The translations under genes were made by a program, and so were the position numbers. This document shows positions 1 to 9,500 of a stretch of DNA of 64,000 bases, piece after piece. The notes under the pieces were generated by a model that worked only from the letters and a program-made list of their open reading frames with translations, made no database searches and had not been told where the DNA came from. How positions within the stretch are numbered: position 1 is the stretch's first letter; each line of letters begins with the position of its first letter. Origin of the DNA: a virus; IMG/VR virus record IMGVR_UViG_3300050014_000310, positions 1 through 64,000 of that record; one strand, given 5' to 3'.

Positions 1-658
1 CTTCGATCTCTTTGTCTTTGGCGGCAAGATTTGTCCGAAGTTGGTAATTTTCCAGGCCTAGCAATGTACGCCCCGAATCATAGGTTTGCCGATTGACACA
101 TGTTATTTCCTTGCGTAGGCCGATGTTTTCTTCCTCTACCGCAGATACCCGGTCGGTGAGGGTGGCGATCTCCTCTTCTTTATCAGCGGCTAATCCCATC
201 CAACTGCCTTTTTCACAGTCGTGTTCGATGTTCATCTCCTCGACTGCCTGATCGACCTGTCGAGCGTTTTCAGCCAGGTCGATTTTAAGCTCCGAGATCT
301 CGGCATCCTTGGCGGCTATCTCTTGCTGTAACTGCCTGATCTGCCTGTTCTGTGTAGCTTCATGCACTATCGCATTAATGGCATTCTTTTCCCGCCGGAG
401 TAGAGCTTTGTCGAGGACGTCATTTCGCTTCTGCAGTTCGGCGTTCTCGTCGGCCAACACCCTTGCAGTCTCCATATGAGCCTCAGCAATCTCGACAAAT
501 TTTATGGCAGATCGTAGAGTTGTCCCGTTATACTGTTCTGCCGCGTCCAGCAGATCAGGCAGGGCACCCCACGCTTTCTTAAGGGTTTGTTGCGTAGGGT
601 AAAATCCTCTGTTCCACTTCTCCAGTTCCCGAAGATCCTTAATCTCCTGTGGTGTCAT
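1..658 (-). CDS. Ead/Ea22-like coiled-coil protein, runs off the window edge
   Basis: Hand-translated MTPQEIKDLRELEKW...LPDLLDAAE...; ATGA overlap with upstream stop at 655-658; heptad-rich. Confidence 0.6.
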   Translation of the reverse strand, partial: MTPQEIKDLRELEKWNRGFYPTQQTLKKAWGALPDLLDAAEQYNGTTLRSAIKFVEIAEAHMETARVLADENAELQKRNDVLDKALLRREKNAINAIVHEATQNRQIRQLQQEIAAKDAEISELKIDLAENARQVDQAVEEMNIEHDCEKGSWMGLAADKEEEIATLTDRVSAVEEENIGLRKEITCVNRQTYDSGRTLLGLENYQLRTNLAAKDKEIE

Positions 659-1107
659 CCAGCAAACTTCCTCCCGTCGTCTAGGTTGCTAAGTGAGCTG
701 ACCTGCTCCCGGAGATCCTCGATCTCCTCATCCATCTTCTCCCTCAGCCGCAACTCGGCTTCCAGAGTCTTTGCGCTATCGGCAGTTAACTGGGCATAAT
801 GCGCTTTCCAATAATTAGCGGCCTTCTCCCACATTTCTACATCGTCGGCCAGCACCCTCAACTGCTCCTGAAACGCCTGCCCCTCGTTGTGCCAGGACAA
901 AGCGGTCTCAGAGAGCATGTTAAACTGCTCATGCCCATACGTGCAGGTCACACAACCTTTGGCGAAGCTCTCTGCCGCGTCCAGCAACTGAAACATATCT
1001 CCCCGGACAACGCGAACAGGATCATATTCGGGGTGTTTTAGCAGGTTATTTCGCCAGTTTTGTATTGCTTTACTGTCCATCGATTTTCGCCTCCCTGTAA
1101 TCAGCAA
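655..1107 (-). CDS. Ead/Ea22-like protein, paralog of the downstream gene
   Basis: Shares LLDAAE motif; coiled-coil C-terminus. Confidence 0.55.
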   Translation of the reverse strand: MLITGRRKSMDSKAIQNWRNNLLKHPEYDPVRVVRGDMFQLLDAAESFAKGCVTCTYGHEQFNMLSETALSWHNEGQAFQEQLRVLADDVEMWEKAANYWKAHYAQLTADSAKTLEAELRLREKMDEEIEDLREQVSSLSNLDDGRKFAG

Positions 1108-1118
1108 TCACGTTTCCC

Positions 1119-1385
1119 TCAGCGTCGAAATACGTTGTTTGTGCCACTTCTGCCCATCAAATCTGACTGGTATCCCCAACTTAGTTTCGCCTCGTACAAT
1201 TTGTACAATGGCAGCAGAATAGGGCGGTACGCGTTGCCATCTTTGTCGGTGACGGTCTCGATCTCGTTGGCATCGCACACTGTTTGTGCAAAGCGGCATC
1301 TAGTGTTCTGCTTGGCTTCATCTTCCGTCTCTCCGGGAGCAATACAAGAACAACCATCCTCGTCATCTAGCTGCCATAATTTCAC
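1119..1385 (-). CDS. hypothetical phage protein
   Basis: 88-aa ORF, GTGA-coupled in operon. Confidence 0.55.
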   Translation of the reverse strand: MKLWQLDDEDGCSCIAPGETEDEAKQNTRCRFAQTVCDANEIETVTDKDGNAYRPILLPLYKLYEAKLSWGYQSDLMGRSGTNNVFRR

Positions 1386-1561
1386 AGGTTAGCAGCCTCC
1401 TGCCCCATTTCTCCAAGTGCAATAGAGACTTCGGTAATCATCTCCATCGCTTTCCTGACTACCGGGTCTTTCATGCTGGCGACCAGCAACCGCCCAGCAG
1501 CCCCGTCTAATGCGCTGATCATCTCGTTGATAGTCATGGTCAGATCGTCCAGGTTTCGCAT
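1382..1561 (-). CDS. small hypothetical protein (59 aa, not in ORF track)
   Basis: GAGGAG RBS then MRNLDDLTMTINEMISAL...; stop overlaps next start. Confidence 0.6.
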   Translation of the reverse strand: MRNLDDLTMTINEMISALDGAAGRLLVASMKDPVVRKAMEMITEVSIALGEMGQEAANL

Positions 1562-1588
1562 AGGTTCGCTCCTCCTCAGAATGCATAA

Positions 1589-1813
1589 TTATTCATCCTC
1601 AAAAAGTTGTTGCTGCACTGCTTTCCACGGTCGTTCCCCGCAAAACGGGCACACCTGCACCTGTTTGGCCTCAGCCTTCCGGATGAGAAACGTCTTGCCG
1701 CATTTGCAGACGATGGCGTAGTATTCCTTGTTCGCCACCCGCTTCATCTCGCTGAGCTCACGGCTTAGATCGGCGTTGCGTTGGACCAGTTTCTTGGTGT
1801 TCTCGTTGGTCAT
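1589..1813 (-). CDS. zinc-ribbon protein
   Basis: CKCG...CPFCG; GGAGTG RBS; ends QQQLFEDE. Confidence 0.65.
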   Translation of the reverse strand: MTNENTKKLVQRNADLSRELSEMKRVANKEYYAIVCKCGKTFLIRKAEAKQVQVCPFCGERPWKAVQQQLFEDE

Positions 1814-1823
1814 GGGTCACTCC

Positions 1824-2324
1824 CTAGCGAACGACATGGCCAAACTTTTCTAGCGCATCAGTCTGCTCTTGCCATAACGGTCCATCCTTGAACACTACCA
1901 GCGCGCTGGGGAACATGGCCGGGTCTTTCGCCCCCACGAATTTGATCCGTCCCCGGATGAAGCAGATCGCCTGAGCATGGGGAAAGATTACATTCTGCCA
2001 CGCTTTGGTATCTGGCCGGGCCGCGACCAGGCAGACAACGGTGCAACCTTTCAGGGCTTCCTCATAGGCTTTCTTGAGCCATTTCTCTGCCTGGTTGTAG
2101 GGCGGGTTGCACCAACAAACCGGAGCGTAATCTCCTTCTCTTTCTTCAAACTTTTCCTTCCAACCGGTTTCTAGGCTGCCGTTGTAGATAAAGTGTGGAC
2201 ACTTGGTATTAGTGTCATTGGCGCATACGTCGATATCAAAGTGAAACGCATTGTCAAGCGGGTTGAATAGTGTCCACGGTGTCTCCCAGTCCTGCTTATC
2301 ACTTGATAGAATTGATCTATTCAA
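1824..2324 (-). CDS. phage N6-adenine DNA methyltransferase (Dam/PF05869-like)
   Basis: DWETP, FDIDVCA, WCNPPY, IRGRIKF motifs; TTG start overlapping upstream stop. Confidence 0.9.
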   Translation of the reverse strand: MNRSILSSDKQDWETPWTLFNPLDNAFHFDIDVCANDTNTKCPHFIYNGSLETGWKEKFEEREGDYAPVCWCNPPYNQAEKWLKKAYEEALKGCTVVCLVAARPDTKAWQNVIFPHAQAICFIRGRIKFVGAKDPAMFPSALVVFKDGPLWQEQTDALEKFGHVVR

Positions 2325-3130
2325 TCGAACAGCCTCCCCTGCCGCCTCACACATTCCGGGTTCATCCACAAAATTTCCGTCCGCTTCTTTCCTCGTTCCG
2401 CCGTGGCATCATGGGTCAACCGTGTCCAGTGTTTCAGCCTGTCATCGTAGAGCGGACAGGCGTAGCCGGAGAGGATGACCGGGCCCGGGTGAGCATCTAA
2501 GACATCGAGTAATTCAGCGTGATCGGCGTCGGTCAATTCGGCGCTGTACATTTCTCCGCTCCATCTGTCGCCTCGTATTTTCTGAACGTAGGGCGGATCG
2601 CAGTAGATAAGCACTTCAGGATTGCTGTACCGCTTAATAACTTTGACCCCTGGTTGATTTTCGATCTGGGCATGTAGCAAACGGTCAGCAACAACCGCGA
2701 TTCTCTTCGGCAATGCTCTCCAGTTCTGAGTACAATAGCGGCCTCTGGATGATATGGAGTGCGCCCAGCCTGTTTCATCGTTGAACTTTGCACCAAAGGA
2801 TTGCCAACACCTTACGAGAAATCTCCGGGCATCTTCTAGCTCATCGCCGGCGTGCGTAAAACTGGCATCGTATTCTTCGCGGCTCCAGGGAGTCATTTCA
2901 ACTGCGGCAGCTAGTTCATCTTTGCGAGTCCGGATCACTCGGAACAGGTTTGTAACATCACTATCCAAGTCGTTGATCGTCTCAAACTTCGAGGGTTGTT
3001 TGCAGAAGAACACCGCGCCGCTTCCGAAGAACGGCTCCAGGTAATGCACATGTTCGGGCATTTGGTCAATGATCCACTGAGCGAGAGTCCATTTGCTCCC
3101 CGGCCATCTAAGCACTGGCGCGATGTTCAT
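2321..3130 (-). CDS. dam: DNA adenine methylase (D12/Dam class)
   Basis: LRWPGSK, EPFFGSGAV, INDLD, CDPPY. Confidence 0.92.
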   Translation of the reverse strand: MNIAPVLRWPGSKWTLAQWIIDQMPEHVHYLEPFFGSGAVFFCKQPSKFETINDLDSDVTNLFRVIRTRKDELAAAVEMTPWSREEYDASFTHAGDELEDARRFLVRCWQSFGAKFNDETGWAHSISSRGRYCTQNWRALPKRIAVVADRLLHAQIENQPGVKVIKRYSNPEVLIYCDPPYVQKIRGDRWSGEMYSAELTDADHAELLDVLDAHPGPVILSGYACPLYDDRLKHWTRLTHDATAERGKKRTEILWMNPECVRRQGRLFD

Positions 3131-3315
3131 GCCTCTGCCACCCCTTCGAATAAACATCTGTCGTCTGGGTAACGGCTACTGCTGGTCCACCCACCGCCAA
3201 TATCCCGTTGCCCTACTTTGCCGCAGTCGAGGGTCAACTTGATCGTGCTTCCTCTCAGCGGGCACAGGAAGCAGCATTCCGGCCTGCTATCGGCTATGAC
3301 CTTGTAGATTTTCAT
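3127..3315 (-). CDS. small Cys-rich hypothetical protein
   Basis: MKIYKV...PECCFLCPL; ATGA coupling at both ends. Confidence 0.55.
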   Translation of the reverse strand: MKIYKVIADSRPECCFLCPLRGSTIKLTLDCGKVGQRDIGGGWTSSSRYPDDRCLFEGVAEA

Positions 3316-3521
3316 GCCTCCGCCACCCCCTTTGTGCATACTGCACTGTCGCTCTCTGTCCCGTAGTACTCCCAAGTCCCTCGCTGCTCGATCTCGGACA
3401 CCCTCAGTCTGATCAGCCCCGGGTGCTTCTTTTCGATCTTCTCGACCGCCGTCTCCCTGCTGGCTGCGAATACGCGTCCCATGTGGCAAATGACTGTGCC
3501 TGCGATGTAGTCTTGGTTCAT
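3312..3521 (-). CDS. hypothetical protein
   Basis: ATGA-coupled ORF. Confidence 0.5.
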   Translation of the reverse strand: MNQDYIAGTVICHMGRVFAASRETAVEKIEKKHPGLIRLRVSEIEQRGTWEYYGTESDSAVCTKGVAEA

Positions 3522-4018
3522 ATTGCCACGCTCCATCTCCACTTTTTCTCCACGAACAAACTGGGTTGCCGATGCCTACCGTCAACGTCCCAACTACCGC
3601 CGCCGTGCAACCCCTCGTTGATCCACCCGACCGCCCGGAGTGATGCGCCTGATTCCTCCTTGAAGGTGTAGGTGATCAGCCGTTTGAACCCCATGGCCTT
3701 TGCTGCCCGCTGACAAGCTCCGTACAGCATACTGTTGGCGTTCCTGGTGCCGTCCGTGCAGGTTCGTCGGACTTCCGCTGTCAGACCGATCTCCATTGGA
3801 TTCTCTGACCAAGAAAAGAGCCACACCTGTGCTGTCAGGCCATTTTTCAGGTATTGAGAGAGCGGATTCCCGCCAATCGCCACGCCACAGAGTCTTCCAT
3901 CGTCAGCCACGCCAAGGCAGAAACGGTATCCATTGTTGATCGGTTTGTGGTGCCGATGATAGGCAACGATGAAGGCGTTGGCCTCTTTCAGCGTGACTGG
4001 AACGACGGCCAGACTCAT
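3518..4018 (-). CDS. XF1762-family protein (GNAT/Mom-related, putative DNA modification)
   Basis: EANAFI..YHRHHKP, CTDGTRNA.SMLYGA, LITYT..EESGASLRA.GW. Confidence 0.8.
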   Translation of the reverse strand: MSLAVVPVTLKEANAFIVAYHRHHKPINNGYRFCLGVADDGRLCGVAIGGNPLSQYLKNGLTAQVWLFSWSENPMEIGLTAEVRRTCTDGTRNANSMLYGACQRAAKAMGFKRLITYTFKEESGASLRAVGWINEGLHGGGSWDVDGRHRQPSLFVEKKWRWSVAI

Positions 4019-4245
4019 ACCTCACACCCCCAAAACTGTTCAAACTCTGGTGCTGGATACCTCACGCAGTCGAGCGGCGGCGTGTAGCTCAGGCCGTGAT
4101 TCTCGCAGGTTTTGGCCGCCATTCGCTCGTTGATCGGCATGCCATAGGGGATATCGTTGATTTCGCAAAAACGTTTGATCATTGATTCGCTCGGTTCTTC
4201 ATCATATCGGTTTTTGATGAACTCTTTGTATTCATTGACTGTCAT
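4015..4245 (-). CDS. hypothetical protein
   Basis: Operonic ORF. Confidence 0.5.
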   Translation of the reverse strand: MTVNEYKEFIKNRYDEEPSESMIKRFCEINDIPYGMPINERMAAKTCENHGLSYTPPLDCVRYPAPEFEQFWGCEV

Positions 4246-4741
4246 AGATATACTCCTGCATATGCTTTATGCTTTTTATCTTGCCATCATATTTAGAATG
4301 GCAGGATCGGCACATTCGCTTATAATCAGCGGGATCTTCATAATTACCGGTGAGATTTGCCCAATCATATCCTTTGCTTGGATCTGTTGTTCCGCATATT
4401 TCGCATTTTTGCGGTTTGCCATAAAGCGCATATAGCCTCTTGTGCAAAGCAACATAACAAGAATTTGAACCTTTCCATGATTTTTTACGACCAATATCTC
4501 TTTTAATCTCTATTCTTGGCTTGTATTGATTGCGCCGAAATGTTTTGAGTATAACCGTTTGCGTTGTTCCCAGGGCTGCACCAACTTCTGATTGAGTCAT
4601 GCCTGATTCGTATAGCCTCTTAACGTCTTCAAAAGAAATCGGGTACATTCGCGCTTTTACAGTGCATTGCCTTGAGCAGCATTTTGCTTTCGAATTATAG
4701 CTAATAAATTGCTTACCGCATTGCTGGCAGATATGATTCAT
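4232..4741 (-). CDS. HNH-like homing endonuclease with Zn-finger/HTH N-terminus
   Basis: CQQCG..CCSRQC, HTH segment, ALHK...CEICG...WAN...MCRSCH; lower GC than flanks. Confidence 0.7.
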   Translation of the reverse strand: MNHICQQCGKQFISYNSKAKCCSRQCTVKARMYPISFEDVKRLYESGMTQSEVGAALGTTQTVILKTFRRNQYKPRIEIKRDIGRKKSWKGSNSCYVALHKRLYALYGKPQKCEICGTTDPSKGYDWANLTGNYEDPADYKRMCRSCHSKYDGKIKSIKHMQEYIYDSQ

Positions 4742-4821
4742 GTGGAATTACTCCCTTCTCGACGAAGAATGATCTCACCTCGGCGCAGGAGGTGAATCGG
4801 GCGCGGACGGTGGTGGTATCG

Positions 4822-5678
4822 TCAAGGTTCAAAGAAGAGCACCCCGCTTTCGTCTGTCATCCTCAATTGATCCTTGAACTCTTTTGGTGCTGCTTTTCCG
4901 CTGATCCACCAGTTGAACATGTCTTCACCTGATTGCCAGCAAGAGTCTGCCAATTTGCCTTTCTTTTCTATCAGATGGGCATATGCTTTGTTGCAAGTCG
5001 TTTATACTGGTCGGCTACTTTCGGCCAATATGCCATGTCTTTTTTGATGGCATGGGGTGATTGCTGGGGACACATGATACAGCCCAATCGCTTGAAAGCC
5101 CGTGGCGCTTCTCCCCCGCTGGACGAAGGCCACTCAGTACGAATGTCGTAAAGGTTGCAATATGGAATGCTGTGTTTGTGGATATATTCCCAAACATCTG
5201 CCTCTGTCCAATCAAAGATCGGGTGCAGAAACCGCTTGGAATTGTCGTTATAACAGGCCTCTACCTGCTGCCTTTTGCGGCGTTTGGTGCTCTCCCATTT
5301 CCTCACGCCTGTTACAACAAAGCGGCCAGCACCACCACGCTCTTTCAGGTAAGCGCAGCAATAACGCATGATATGGGTAGGTGGAATCATTTTCTTCTCA
5401 ATCAGCCGCCACATACTGATTGTTGGCCTCTCCCTAATCGTCTCCGGGTGATTATCCCGGATGAAATGCACCAGCTCCGGCGGGTCAACGGTGGTAATGT
5501 GGTAGTGGGCATCGAACTTGACGCCAGAGCGAATAAGCAGATCGCGGACGACGGTTGAATCCTTGCTCCCGGAATTGGCGAAGTAGTAACCTTCTGGCGG
5601 CTCAAAATGGCGCAGGGCTGCGATGGAATTAGCTATTTTATCGACGTCGCCGAATAGGGTATGCTCGATCAGGCTCAT
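4822..5678 (-). pseudogene. PAPS-reductase-family protein, frameshifted near 4997
   Basis: NSGSKDS PP-loop, RYCC..LKE, TGVR..ES..R, HPIFDW, RLGCIMCP; C-terminus (WQSGEDMFNWW) continues in the -1 frame to a stop at 4822. Confidence 0.75.
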
Positions 5679-5839
5679 CTCTCCAACTCCCTCACCCTGG
5701 CTTCTAGCCGCTTGCACTCGGCGATCCTCTGCCGTAGCAGGTTCAAATATCTGCCGGCGCGGGCTTCAGCCATGTAGCACTTTTGCTCCCAGGTGCTCTT
5801 GTGGGGGATGTTGTTTGTGGGATCGGGGCATCGGTTCAT
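5675..5839 (-). CDS. small hypothetical protein
   Basis: GAGGTG RBS, TAATG coupling. Confidence 0.55.
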   Translation of the reverse strand: MNRCPDPTNNIPHKSTWEQKCYMAEARAGRYLNLLRQRIAECKRLEARVRELER

Positions 5840-5990
5840 TACTGCACCTCGATCCATTCCGGCGCCTCATTCTGTCCGCTCACCCACACTCCCGTGCATC
5901 CCAGCACCCACTCGCCTGCAGCAGCTACTAGCAGCGATGTCAGGATCTCCTCGCCCATCGCCTGGGCACTTTTAGTAGGAACCATGTTAT
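5839..5990 (-). pseudogene. displaced duplicate 3' end of the C5 methyltransferase gene
   Basis: NMVP..SAQAMGEEILTSLLVA..EW.LG.TGVWV...PEWIEVQ aligns with the MTase C-terminus at 6545-6700. Confidence 0.85.
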
Positions 5991-5993
5991 TTC

Positions 5994-6545
5994 TCATTGA
6001 GCAACACTCTCCAATTCCGGCTGTTTCTTGAGCCGATCCAGCCGGGCGTGTTCTCTGCCGTGATGTTTTCTGCACAACCTGACTAGGTTCGATGGTTCAT
6101 TGTTGAAGGGGTCCTCATCTTTGTGATGCACGTCTACCCCGTTATGGTCACACTGAGCGCATGGCCCCGGTGGAAGCAGATGCCTTGCCCTCCACCTGGA
6201 TTCAGCAGCCGTTATGGACTCTTTCCAGTTGGAGTTCTCCGGGCCGAATTTTGCTATTGCTTTATGCGTCTCAGAACGTTTCTGCTTTGTCGCTTCGCTC
6301 TGTTTGATGCCCGTTAACGATTGAGCAATTTTAGCCCGGTTCTCCGGTGTCCTTGTTCGTCCGGAATTGATCTGTGACTTGATTTTGGCGAAGATTTCTG
6401 GTCGCTTTTTAACTTTTAACCGGGACGCTCGATGCTTGATGGCATTGTGGGTACGCTCAGGTAAGAAACCTTCATTCCAGCCAAGATTCGGGTAGACTTC
6501 ACGAATCCAAGTATCTTCTTGGGGTGTCCATGGTTTGCTTGACAT
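5994..6545 (-). CDS. free-standing HNH homing endonuclease with NUMOD3 repeats
   Basis: TPENRAKIA and SEATKQKRS repeats; CAQC..VHHKD..PFNN..NLVRLCRKHH. Confidence 0.85.
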   Translation of the reverse strand: MSSKPWTPQEDTWIREVYPNLGWNEGFLPERTHNAIKHRASRLKVKKRPEIFAKIKSQINSGRTRTPENRAKIAQSLTGIKQSEATKQKRSETHKAIAKFGPENSNWKESITAAESRWRARHLLPPGPCAQCDHNGVDVHHKDEDPFNNEPSNLVRLCRKHHGREHARLDRLKKQPELESVAQ

Positions 6546-9500
6546 CACCGTACCTCGATCCATTCTGGACTATTTGGGTTTTTGATTACCCATACTCCAG
6601 TGCTACCGAGCGTCCATTCGTCCATACTAGCTACCAATAAAGCAGTCAAGATTTCTTCACCCATTGCTCTAGCTGAGGCAACAGGAACAGCATTGCCGAT
6701 GCGTTCTCTATGGCGGGAGTCCGATTTCCCGGCCAGCACCAGGGGCGATCCGTCCGGCATGGTTGGCTCCATCCCCTGCAAAACTGCCAATTCCAATGTT
6801 GTGAGGGGCCGGTGCCAGGTCCCGTCCAGGGCAATAATCAAGTAAGCTCCGGTCTCGTTGTCGGCCGGAACTCTCGGGTCGGCTATCGCATTGGTTCCGG
6901 AATGAATGTCAGCGGCGCCGCAGACGGTAACGCCTGATTTGTCCCAGTCCATGACACCGTAGATACCATTGCGCTTGCGGGGATCGGCAACTGATGGCGC
7001 CCCGTTCGTTGGCCCTGCGGCTCCGGTCACTACCTTGGCCGGAGTGTCCCATTGACCAACCTGCAAAATATTGGGCATTGCATTTGGGTTAAGGTTATAG
7101 CGAGGGTCGGCCACAGTAGCAACCCCATTGGAACTGCTGACCGTGACGCTGCCAGTCACGGTTTTTGCTGGCTTGCCCCAGTCGGCCACGCCCATGAGGT
7201 TCGGTCTCGAGTTACACCCGATGCGAGGATCGGCAATCGAAGGCGCTCCGGCCTGAACGTCGGCAATCCCTGTCACGCAGGCAGCCGGTTCGTCGAAGGC
7301 GCACAGTTGATACTTGTTGTGGAAGCGAGTCTTAACCTGTGGCAATCTCGGATCGGCCACGCCCGGGGCCCCGCTGCCGAACCTGGTCCCGGTCACGCAT
7401 GGCGCTGGATCATCGAACTTGATCACCTGGTAGACGGAAGGATACCGGCCGTCCCGGGGATTGAGCCGGGGATCGGATACAGAAAGTGATCCCGCTATCG
7501 GCCGGGTCGCTCCGGTCACCACATAGGACGGTTCATCCCAGGCCTGTACCTGATGGCAATTAGAGAATGTTTGTCCGCTCACCCGGGGATCGGACACTGC
7601 AGCCACTCCATTACTTCCACCTGTCCGGGCATGCCCAACAACTGCCTTACTCGGTTCATTCCAATCTGCAACCTGGAACACTCCAGCCCGTGGTTCATGC
7701 CCGAGCCTCGGATCTGCAACGCTGGTGGCGCCGTTGGATGGAGAATGTCCACTCGTAACCGTCCCGGCCGCTTCGTCCCAGGGCACGATCCGGTAGGAGT
7801 TTTTAAACGAGTCTCCGATCTTCTCGAGGTCCCGCCAATCACCCCCGGCCGGAATCAGCGCCAACCTGACCCACGTCTTCCACTGCAGATTTGGCAGTCG
7901 GTGCATGGGGCCAAGCGAAGGATCTCCCGGCAACGCCAACGGGCCGATGATCTCGCCAATAGACTTTACCCGGCGCTTCGGAGGCAGGTAGATGTGGTTC
8001 GGCATCTTCTCTTTGTTCCGGGCGATCAGCAGATACCGTGTCCTGTGCTGTCCCAGTCCGCCGATCTCGCCGCAGTCATAGGAGTTTTCGTCGAATTCGT
8101 AGCCATGGGCGCCCAGCATCTTTTTGATCTGGTCGAGTAGGGCTTTTCCTCGAGATGTGATCTTGGGCACGTTCTCGAATAGAAGCACAGCCGGCGGGTC
8201 ATCCTCGAAAGCCTCAACAACCAGACTGAGCCCCCGGTATGCCAGTTTGTTCAACGCCTGATACTTCGGGCTCTCCGCCGCTTTCTTGGGCAGCAACCCG
8301 CTGAAGCCCTTGCAGTTATGGGTAGCCATCATTGGTACACAGAAGGTATTATCTTCGTCAACTTCAAGATTCCAGACCTGTGCGATTGTTTGATATGACT
8401 TAATTTCTTTAACTCTTACCCAAATTGCTCCATCAATAAATTCATGAACAGGCCTCTTTTTTGGATCAAATCGAAAAGCTAGTTCCCATCGTTGCTTTGT
8501 CTGGACATCTCTGCCCATAATCGTTTGTTTTCCGCCTGGCCAACAGTTATTAATGCCTCCATATAATCCTAAACGAAGCATGAGGATCTGTAGACTCTTG
8601 AGAAGTTGCAGAGATACTGATGGTAGTTTCCACCGCGCCTGAAGCTCATTATTTGCTTGGCACCGGGGTTGTATGCTGCCATCTGTAGCCATATAGCCAT
8701 CGAATAATGCTTTAATGAGCGGTGTTTCTAGTTCCATGAGACTCCATGGGATATTTTTGTTTTCCGCTCCATCTCCGAAGGCACCCATTATCATGCTAAG
8801 ATGACGTGAATCGAGACGGATCTTGATATTATTTTCTCCGTTCGAAGCATCTTCGTTCCAATTCAAACCGAGATGTTGCAGGATTGAGCGAATCCTGACT
8901 GCTAAGTCACTTTTTGAATCTCCAATGCAGAAGTTAGTTCCATATCGATCATGGCGGCGATAACCATCCCCAAGATAAGCACCGATAAGAAACCAGAGAT
9001 CAATATCTTCAGCATAGGGATTGAGATCTATGATTTTTGATATTCTGGCTGTGTGGGAAGCATTTTTTTCGCCGTTTTTCTGGACAACCTGTGGATCTCC
9101 GAATGATTCAACAAACTTTCTTGCACAACCAGGAGATTCATTGATTACCGGAAATCCTATTCTGTCGCCTACTTTTATTTTATTTGCTGCCACAAATTCC
9201 GGTTTTCCCAGTGCTCTTTTTCTGTTGGTTGCTTTGCAACGAATAACCTTTCTTCGCCAGATTGGGTGATCAGCAGTAAGATCTCGAAAATCAACGTCTC
9301 CATTAAGACGGATCTCAACCATGTTACCTTGATACAGTTCAGTGCCCACCTTATTAACTTGCCGATACCGTCCCCTGTGGGTGAGTACCATATCGCCGTG
9401 TCGAATGGCATCAATACGCCGTGGGCCATCGATCGCCAGAACTTTTTCATATCCTGGTAGGCAGGGTGCCGAAAAGAAAACAGTGTCGGGAGTCTTGTAT

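Noticed and set aside
1389-1586. 65-aa ORF from the track
   Set aside because: The overlapping frame 1382-1561 has a proper RBS and coupling, so it is preferred
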